A stretch of 64,000 nt of DNA. Origin: an uncultured delta proteobacterium (lineage in GTDB: Bacteria; Desulfobacterota; Binatia; HRBIN30; BPIQ01). Positions 57,148 through 64,000 of the stretch are shown in pieces; position 1 is the first letter of the stretch; every line of letters begins with the position of its first letter. Below the pieces are notes generated by a model. It was not told the DNA's origin. It was given only the letters and a program-made list of their open reading frames with translations, and did not search any database. The stretch spans positions 128,001 to 192,000 of the forward strand of contig CAVXGR010000016.1 of NCBI GenBank assembly GCA_963761335.1. The letters are read 5' to 3'. A program made the position numbers and the translations under genes.

Positions 57148-60093
57148 ATGGAACGGGTCCCGCGTGGGCAACCGTACGGGTGGGGGCGGTTGGCCGCGCA
57201 CTGCGGCGCCGGATTGGCGCTGCTGTTGGTCGTTGCGGCACCGGCAAGCGCCGGCCTGCCGGATTGCGGCGCCGGCGCCCCCGGCCTGTACGCTATCGTC
57301 GAGTCGCTCTTCGGCGGCGGCTGCGCCACTGCCGATCGCAACGGCGACGGACGGGTCTCCGCCGCGGACGTGTTGCTCGCCGGGGCGCTGGCGCCGACAT
57401 CCACGGTGACCGCGCCGCAGGGCTCGCCGACGCCCAGCCCCAGCGCCGACGCCTCGCCGAGCCAGACGCCGGCGTTCTCCTCGCCTACGCCGGTGCCCTC
57501 GGGCGCCGCACCTTCGCCGAGCGGGACGCCGACGGCGGAGCTGTCACCGCTCCCGAGCCCGACGCCGACCGCTTCGGCGACGCCGGTGGGCGAGCCGGCA
57601 ACCCCGACCGAGACACCAGCGAGCGACTCGGCAACGCCGACCGCCTCCGCCAACGCCTCGGTAACGCCGACGGCGACGGCCAGCGACACCGAGACCCCGG
57701 CTCCGACGGCGACGGCGCCGCCCACCGCCAGCGCCACCGAGACTGCCGATCCGAGCTCGCCGTCGCCGACGCCGAGCCGGACACCGACGGCGCCCACGGC
57801 GACGGCGACGGTGTCGCCGACCCCGAGCGCCAGCGCGACGGCGACACCGACGGCGACGCACAGCGGCACCGCCACCCGCACGCCGACGCAGACCCGCACC
57901 GGCACGGTCACGCGCACGCCGACGCGCACGCTCACCGGCACGCCGACGCGGACGCCGTCGCGCACGCCCAGCCCGACGCGCTCAGCGACGGCGACGCGCA
58001 CGGCATCGCCGGGCGGCGAGGACACCGCTAGCGCGACGATCACCGGCACGGCGACCGAAACCGCGTCGGCGACGCCGACTCTCAGCGCGACCCCGTCGCT
58101 GACACCGACCTCGACGGCCAGCTTCTCGCCGACGCCGAGCGCGAGCCGCACCCATACGCCGACGGCGCCGCCGACCGCCAGTGCCACCTCCACGCCGACA
58201 CGCACGGCAACGCCGACGCCTTCGCCCTCGGCCACCGCCTCGCGCTCTTCGACGCCGTCGCCCGTTGAGGCGACACCGAGCCCAACGCGGAGCGGCACGG
58301 CGACGCGCACACCGACGCCGACGGCGACCAGTTCGGCGAGCCCGAGCGCCGCGGCGACGCCCACGCCGACACCGACGGCGAGTAGCTCGGTGACCGCGAG
58401 CGTCACGGCCGCGCAGACACCGACGCGCACGCCCAGCAGCTCGCCGACTCCTTCGGCGACGCATTCACCGCTGCCCTCGGCGACATCCTCGCCGGTGCCC
58501 GATCCCTCCGCCTCGCACACGGCGAGCGCTACGGCGACGGCGACCGTCTCCCCGACGCGCTCCTCGACTCCTTCCGCAACCCTCGCGCCCACGTCTACGG
58601 CCACCGCATCTCGCAGCGCCACGGCGACAGCAACGCCGACGCCCAGCAGTTCTCCGACGCGCACCGCCACGGTCACTCCGGTCTTTTCGGCGACACTCGG
58701 CTCGACGCCGACATCGACGCCTTCGGCGACTCCGAGCCGCACGTCCACGTCGACGGCCAGTGCGACGTCGACCGCCAGTCCGACGTCGACCGCCAGCTTC
58801 ACGCTCACGCCGAGCGCCTCGGCCACCGCGACGCCGTCGGACACCCCCTCGCGCACGCCGACGGCGACTCTGAGCCCGACGGCGACGCGCACCGAGACGC
58901 CGACGCGGACGCCGACGAAGACGGAGACACCGACGCGCACACCGACGGAGACGCGCACGCCGACGTCGACCGTCACCGAGACCCTGACGCCGAGCCCCAG
59001 CGCGACGGGCACCGAGACACCGACACGGACGCCGACGAAGACGGAGACGCCGACGCGCACGCCGACGGAGACGCGCACCTCGACGCCCACGGCCACCCAG
59101 ACGCTGACGCAGAGCCCGAGCGTCACGCCCACCGATACGCCGACGCGCACCGCGACCAGCACGCAGACCCCGACCAGGACCGAGACGCCGACGCGCACGC
59201 CGACGACAACGCCGTCGGCGACGTCGACGGCGACCTCGACGCCGACCACCACGAGCACCAAGACGCAGACGCCGACGAAGACGGGAACGCCGACGCGCAC
59301 GCCATCGCCCACCGCCTCGAATACGCCGACGACGTCGGCGACACGCACCGGGACGCAAACCAAGACGGCGACGGCCAGCAAGACGCCGACGACTACGCCG
59401 ACGCCGGGGCCGCCGACGCGCACGCCGACACCGACGTCCAACCTGGGCGGCCCGATCATCACGCACTTCTCGCTGGTCCGCCCCGACGGCTGCATCATCG
59501 GCTGCTTCAACGGCTTCTTCTGCAAGTGCGCCGACGGAACCCCGACCCCGCAGCTGAACGGCGACGGCGTCCGCGTTTACCTGGCGCAGGGCGGGCAGCG
59601 GGGCCAGATCGTCGTCGAGGTCAAGAAGGGGCTGAACAACCACGCCGTTGGCTCGACCCTGTACGCCGCCAGCCCATGCGGCGATCGCCCGAGCCTGCAG
59701 ATTCAGGCGGGCTTGCCCCTCGGCGACGGCTCGCTGACCGACTGCAACAATCCCGCCGCCCCGATCTGCGCCGGCGGCGTGCCTGCGGTGCAGCCTCCCA
59801 GCTTCGCCGGCGATCAGTACATCACTGCGGCGCTGACGGACTTCGCCTGTCACTTTGACAGCCGCACCTCGACCGACACCGCATGTGCCTTGGGACCGAA
59901 CGGGGACTTCGCGTTTCTCGGGGGATTCAGTGCTTCACAGGGGTCCCGGCAGTTCTGCGACAACGTGGCGCAGGATACCGCCTTTCCGGTCGGCGACACC
60001 TTGTTGACGGTACAGGTGACCGACACCTCTGGGACGCCCGGTCCGACGGCGCAGATCGTCGTGCGAGTGCCGACCCCGACGCCGCGGCCCTGA
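57148..60093 (+). CDS. Secreted mucin-like Thr/Ser/Pro-rich protein with N-terminal dockerin-like motif and Cys-containing C-terminal domain
   Basis: GGGAG RBS; signal peptide; [14 protein letters not shown]; about 680-aa TP(T/S) linker including a 120-bp duplication (58891 and 59011); about 215-aa globular C-terminus. Confidence 0.78.
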   Translation: MERVPRGQPYGWGRLAAHCGAGLALLLVVAAPASAGLPDCGAGAPGLYAIVESLFGGGCATADRNGDGRVSAADVLLAGALAPTSTVTAPQGSPTPSPSADASPSQTPAFSSPTPVPSGAAPSPSGTPTAELSPLPSPTPTASATPVGEPATPTETPASDSATPTASANASVTPTATASDTETPAPTATAPPTASATETADPSSPSPTPSRTPTAPTATATVSPTPSASATATPTATHSGTATRTPTQTRTGTVTRTPTRTLTGTPTRTPSRTPSPTRSATATRTASPGGEDTASATITGTATETASATPTLSATPSLTPTSTASFSPTPSASRTHTPTAPPTASATSTPTRTATPTPSPSATASRSSTPSPVEATPSPTRSGTATRTPTPTATSSASPSAAATPTPTPTASSSVTASVTAAQTPTRTPSSSPTPSATHSPLPSATSSPVPDPSASHTASATATATVSPTRSSTPSATLAPTSTATASRSATATATPTPSSSPTRTATVTPVFSATLGSTPTSTPSATPSRTSTSTASATSTASPTSTASFTLTPSASATATPSDTPSRTPTATLSPTATRTETPTRTPTKTETPTRTPTETRTPTSTVTETLTPSPSATGTETPTRTPTKTETPTRTPTETRTSTPTATQTLTQSPSVTPTDTPTRTATSTQTPTRTETPTRTPTTTPSATSTATSTPTTTSTKTQTPTKTGTPTRTPSPTASNTPTTSATRTGTQTKTATASKTPTTTPTPGPPTRTPTPTSNLGGPIITHFSLVRPDGCIIGCFNGFFCKCADGTPTPQLNGDGVRVYLAQGGQRGQIVVEVKKGLNNHAVGSTLYAASPCGDRPSLQIQAGLPLGDGSLTDCNNPAAPICAGGVPAVQPPSFAGDQYITAALTDFACHFDSRTSTDTACALGPNGDFAFLGGFSASQGSRQFCDNVAQDTAFPVGDTLLTVQVTDTSGTPGPTAQIVVRVPTPTPRP

Positions 60094-60292
60094 GCCATAG
60101 GAAAACAGCATTTTCCCGTGCAAACCGCACGGCGGTGCTGTTGCGTTCGCCGCGACCGCTCTCCTCGATGGGCGCCGCTCGCATGGATTCCCCCTGTCGC
60201 GACTGCCCCGACGCCTGCCAGGCGGGGAGCGGGGGCCGCCGCCCATTTTTTTGAGACCGAGGTCACCGCCTCTTTTTTTCGCCCTTTTTCAC

Positions 60293-60321
60293 TTGACAAT
60301 CTGGATGCGATGAGACATACA
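60293..60321 (+). promoter_or_regulatory. Putative sigma-70 promoter with T-rich upstream element for the paralogue array
   Basis: Perfect TTGACA at 60293 preceded by T-tracts; weak -10 (CATACA) at 17-nt spacing. Confidence 0.35.
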
Positions 60322-60398
60322 CCGGGGGCAATTCGCCGCAAACCGGCGAGCGCGAGGTAGGAGGAAGTTGCGTGATTGAGATTGAAAGGAGGAGTGCA

Positions 60399-61712
60399 AT
60401 GCGCGTGCTGAAGCCAAGTCCATGGCTCGCAAGCCTTGGGGCGTTGCTGCTGGCAACGGGGATGTTCGCTCGAGTCGCCACAGCAGACGTCACCACCGAC
60501 CGGGATGCCTCGATTCTGGTGTTTCCGAAGGTGATTGCCGACGGCAGTCGCGACACGCTGATCCAGATCAGCAACACCCGCAACGGTGTCATTCACGCGC
60601 AGTGCTACTACGTGAATGCCGTTGGCATCTGCTCGGAGAGCGGCCTGTCGTGCGAGGGTCCGGGGACCTGCCCCGCAGGCCCGACGGACATCTGCGTTCC
60701 CGCCTGGCAGAAGACTGACTTCGCGATCACCTTGACGCGCCAGCAGCCGACCATCTGGAAGGTCTCCACCGGCCGCACGCAGCTGCCCGGCTCGGTGCCG
60801 TACTGTGTGCCGACCGCCAGCGTGCTGCAGCAGACCTGCCCCGGCATCCCGGTGGCCGCTCCTCCGATGTTCGTACCTAGCCGGCCTTTCATCGGCGAGC
60901 TCAAGTGCGTGCAGGTCGATGGGGGCGGTGCGCCGACGGGCGGCAACGCCCTGAAGGGCGAGGCCATCATCGAATCCGCGGGTGGCGAGCTGAGCGCCTA
61001 CAATGCTGTCGGAGTTTCTGGCATCAACGTGGACGGCGATGGCTCCCTTCGCTTGGACAATGACGAGTACAACGCCTGTCCTGAGCGGCTCGAGTTCACC
61101 ACGGTGCAGACTGGGATCGCTGATCCGGGTCTGGCTGCCCTGCCCGGCATCTGTGTCAGCGGCGAGGCCTGCCGTGTCGACGCCGACTGCGCCACTGGGC
61201 CATGCTCGGCACTCGACACCGGTCCGGTGTCGACGCAGCTGACCCTGGTTCCCTGCGCCGAGGACTTCGAGAACGACGCCGACATCAGCACGCAGCGGGC
61301 GCCGGTCGTGCAGATCCGGGTTGTCGACGAGATGGAGGTGGAGCGGTCCTTCCTCTTCACGCTCCAATGCTTCGCCAACCTCGACACCGCGAACTCCAGC
61401 CCGATCAATCTGACGTTCCGCAATCTTTATACCGGCCGCGCTGGCAGCGTCTTGAAGACCATCGTGTTTACCAGCGGCCTCCAGGCGGGCGGAGTCCTTG
61501 GCGTTGCCGAGAACTTCATCGGCAACGATACCTTCCGGGCCACTGATGCTCAGAACCTTGTGGTGCAGGGATTCCGGAGTCCCACGACGACGGACATCAT
61601 CACCCTGACGGCCACCGACATCTGCGTGGGCGGCGACCGCAACGGCCTGCCCTGCAACTCCGACGTCGACTGCCAGTCCGCTCAGGGCCCGAACGGCACC
61701 TGTGGTCAGTAG
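60399..61712 (+). CDS. Secreted Cys-rich protein of unknown family, paralogue 1
   Basis: AAAGGAGG RBS, signal peptide, and motifs shared with the next two genes. Confidence 0.8.
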   Translation: MRVLKPSPWLASLGALLLATGMFARVATADVTTDRDASILVFPKVIADGSRDTLIQISNTRNGVIHAQCYYVNAVGICSESGLSCEGPGTCPAGPTDICVPAWQKTDFAITLTRQQPTIWKVSTGRTQLPGSVPYCVPTASVLQQTCPGIPVAAPPMFVPSRPFIGELKCVQVDGGGAPTGGNALKGEAIIESAGGELSAYNAVGVSGINVDGDGSLRLDNDEYNACPERLEFTTVQTGIADPGLAALPGICVSGEACRVDADCATGPCSALDTGPVSTQLTLVPCAEDFENDADISTQRAPVVQIRVVDEMEVERSFLFTLQCFANLDTANSSPINLTFRNLYTGRAGSVLKTIVFTSGLQAGGVLGVAENFIGNDTFRATDAQNLVVQGFRSPTTTDIITLTATDICVGGDRNGLPCNSDVDCQSAQGPNGTCGQ

Positions 61713-61814
61713 TTGCGGAAGGGTTGGGGGATGCAAATGAATGCCATCTGTCCGAGGTCGACGGGGTCCGAGCGAGGACTGCGTCCCGTTCGGGGTGAAG
61801 AAAGGAGAACGTCA

Positions 61815-63257
61815 ATGCTGACGACAAAGCGTTTGGTTGCTCTGGCCGGGGTGGCCACGGCGGCGGTGCTTCTGCAGTATGGGGTAGCGCGCGCATCCAC
61901 CGCGTCGGATCGCCCGGCCGCGATCGTTGTCTATCCAAAGATCGTGGCCGATAGCGCGGCCGGGATCGATACCGTGATCACGTTGACGAATGCCGACCGC
62001 AGCAATCCGGTGCGGGCGAAATGCTTCTACGTCAACGCCACGAGCCACTGCAGCAGCGATGGCTCGCCGTGCACCAGCAGCGCAGAGTGCGGCATCGGCT
62101 CGTGCGTCCCCGGCTGGGCGGAGACCGACTTCTACATCACGCTGACGCGCGACCAGCCCTTCTACTGGGTTGCCAGCACGGGCCGTAACTCCGTGTGTGC
62201 CAGCAACGGAACCTGCGAGCCCTTCGCTGTCCGCGCCAGCCGTGGGCGTTGCAACGATGTCTTCGGGACACCCTGCAGCACCAACGGGGACTGCGGCGGC
62301 GGCTTCATCTGCGAAGGCGCCACCTCGGGCAACGCGGGGACTTCGATTCCTCCGGTCGCCGACGACCCCTTCGTCGGCGAGCTGAAGTGCATCGAGGTCA
62401 ACAGTGACGGCACCCCGGCGACGGCGGAGATCGGCCGCAACGATCTTACCGGGACGGCGACCATCGTCAGCAATCGCGGCGTATGCGACGGGGATCCCAA
62501 CATCGCCTGCTTCCAGGCTACGGACTGCGGCGAGGCGGATCCTTGTGTCGCGCACAGGCCGTCTGCGCAGAGCTACAACGCCGTTGGCCTGCAGACGAAT
62601 CGCTGCGAGGGCGGAGTCCGCGCCGGTCTGGCCTGCAACGCACGTCCGGAAGGGGTCGACGCCGAGTGCCCCGGCGGCACCTGCGTGCAGACGGTGAACT
62701 CCGACAACGTGCTGGTGATTGGCGGGCCGGATGGCGAGTACAGCGCCTGCCCCTCGACTCTCATCCTCGACCACGTCTTCGACGGGGCGATGGATCCCGT
62801 CAATACCCCGCTCTTCAATCTGCCGCTGGGCGCCCCAGGCGACGCGCCGACCTTCCTGACCGACCTGACCCTGGTTCCCTGCTCGGAGGATCTCCTCCTC
62901 GGCTCGGCCAATCTCGCCCGCTCGACCGCTCAGTTCCTCGTCTACAACGAGTTCGAGCAGAAGCTCTCAGCGAGCCGTCAAGTGAACTGCTTCGATGAGG
63001 TTCTCCTCTCGAATATTGACACGCGCAATAACAGTCGCTCGATCTTCAGTGTGGGCGTCTCCGGGACCATCGCTGGTCAGACCCGGATCCGGGCGGTCGG
63101 CAGCGGCCTTCTGGGTGTGGCGCGCGTCATGAAGGCCCCCTTCCCACCCGCGCCCGGGAGCGGTCCGTTTGTGTACGGTCCCGGTGCCGCCTACAACCTG
63201 CATCAGCAGGGTGTTCGCGACGGCGAGGGTGAGGAAGACGTCATCGTTCTCCCGTAG
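61815..63257 (+). CDS. Secreted Cys-rich protein of unknown family, paralogue 2
   Basis: AAAGGAG RBS, signal peptide, and shared PK(V/I), CxYVN, TDF.I.LTR.QP, GELKC, YNAVG and LTLVPC motifs. Confidence 0.8.
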   Translation: MLTTKRLVALAGVATAAVLLQYGVARASTASDRPAAIVVYPKIVADSAAGIDTVITLTNADRSNPVRAKCFYVNATSHCSSDGSPCTSSAECGIGSCVPGWAETDFYITLTRDQPFYWVASTGRNSVCASNGTCEPFAVRASRGRCNDVFGTPCSTNGDCGGGFICEGATSGNAGTSIPPVADDPFVGELKCIEVNSDGTPATAEIGRNDLTGTATIVSNRGVCDGDPNIACFQATDCGEADPCVAHRPSAQSYNAVGLQTNRCEGGVRAGLACNARPEGVDAECPGGTCVQTVNSDNVLVIGGPDGEYSACPSTLILDHVFDGAMDPVNTPLFNLPLGAPGDAPTFLTDLTLVPCSEDLLLGSANLARSTAQFLVYNEFEQKLSASRQVNCFDEVLLSNIDTRNNSRSIFSVGVSGTIAGQTRIRAVGSGLLGVARVMKAPFPPAPGSGPFVYGPGAAYNLHQQGVRDGEGEEDVIVLP

Positions 63258-63314
63258 CCTCGGATTGGGCCAAGGCGGAGAACCGACGTGAACGACTTCC
63301 GAAAGGAGAAAGCC

Positions 63315-64000
63315 ATGGGGACGAAGAGCCGCGTCCGTTCCGGAATGCTGTATGGAGTCGCGGCGCTGGCGGTACTGATCTCGGCGCAGGTGGGCTGGAC
63401 GGACGTAACTACGGAACGTCCGGGCTCCATCCTGATCCTGCCGAAGGTCGTCTATCAACCCGGCGTGCGCGACACGGTAATTGAGATCTCGAACACCACG
63501 AACTCGCTGATCCACGCAAAGTGCTGGTACGTCAACGGCGCCCCGCTGGATCCGACCCAGCTGCCGGACCCTGTCACCAATCCCCCGCTCTGGCAGGCGA
63601 ACGACTTCACCATCTGGCTCACCCGGCAGCAGCCGACCCATTTTGTGGCGAGCCGCGGCCGCCAGGTTGATCCGACTGACGCGCTGGGAACCGACGGCGC
63701 TGGCTTCGATCCGGGCTCGGTGCCGCCGGTCATTCCGGGCTTTACCGGGGAGCTGATCTGCGTACAGGTGGATGGCTCGGGTGTTCCGGTACCCGGCAAC
63801 GCCCTCAAGGGTGAGGCGAAATTGCTCGGCCCCGGCAGCACGGTGAGCGAGTACAACGCTATTGCGGTAGTCGGCAATCAGCCGACGGGCGATCCCGATG
63901 TGCTCAGTCTGAACAACACGGACTACGGCGCGTGCCCAGCCGCTCTCGCCTTCACGCACGTCGCCGAGGGGGCTCCGGATCTGGTTTTCGGCCAGCCGAC
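63315..64000 (+). CDS. Secreted protein of unknown family, paralogue 3 (runs off window end; absent from the ORF track)
   Basis: AAAGGAG RBS; manual translation MGTKSRVRSGMLYGVAALAVLISAQVGWTDVTTERPGSILILPKV..HAKCWYVN..NDFTIWLTRQQP..GELICVQVD..GNALKGEA..YNAI..YGACP, open to 64000. Confidence 0.82.
   Translation, partial: MGTKSRVRSGMLYGVAALAVLISAQVGWTDVTTERPGSILILPKVVYQPGVRDTVIEISNTTNSLIHAKCWYVNGAPLDPTQLPDPVTNPPLWQANDFTIWLTRQQPTHFVASRGRQVDPTDALGTDGAGFDPGSVPPVIPGFTGELICVQVDGSGVPVPGNALKGEAKLLGPGSTVSEYNAIAVVGNQPTGDPDVLSLNNTDYGACPAALAFTHVAEGAPDLVFGQP

Noticed and set aside
60325..60372. GGCAA-stem-GCAAA-stem resembling a c-di-GMP-I riboswitch
   Set aside because: It lacks the GACGCAAAG-type junction and a convincing second stem; an Infernal/Rfam hit would be needed

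Overview
GC-rich bacterial chromosome segment; gene content (dockerin-like GDCNGDG/ADRNGDG motifs, Thr-Pro-rich surface proteins, deltaproteobacterial-type T2SS) suggests Candidatus Binatia or a related lineage (inference only). Housekeeping blocks: nuoM end and nuoN; rnhA-rsmI-acyP-ligA; methylmalonyl-CoA mutase plus propionyl-CoA carboxylase; a gspC-N type II secretion cluster; iscA, glgA, lon. An accessory region at about 1.7-15.3 kb holds a stand-alone Cache lipoprotein, a multidomain S8 protease, GTAG-type REP clusters, a 419-bp MITE (29-bp TIRs, 8-bp target duplication) carrying REPs, a 60-aa peptide gene next to a stand-alone HExxH peptide-modification enzyme (candidate minimal RiPP locus), and a 5'-truncated teneurin-like NHL-YD/Rhs gene whose tip looks like a FecR domain rather than a toxin. 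The window ends with a mucin-like surface protein followed by at least three tandem paralogues of a secreted family I cannot name, with Cys-rich mini-domains inserted in different loops. No rRNA, tRNA or CRISPR array was seen. All assignments are by eye from motifs; no database searches were run.
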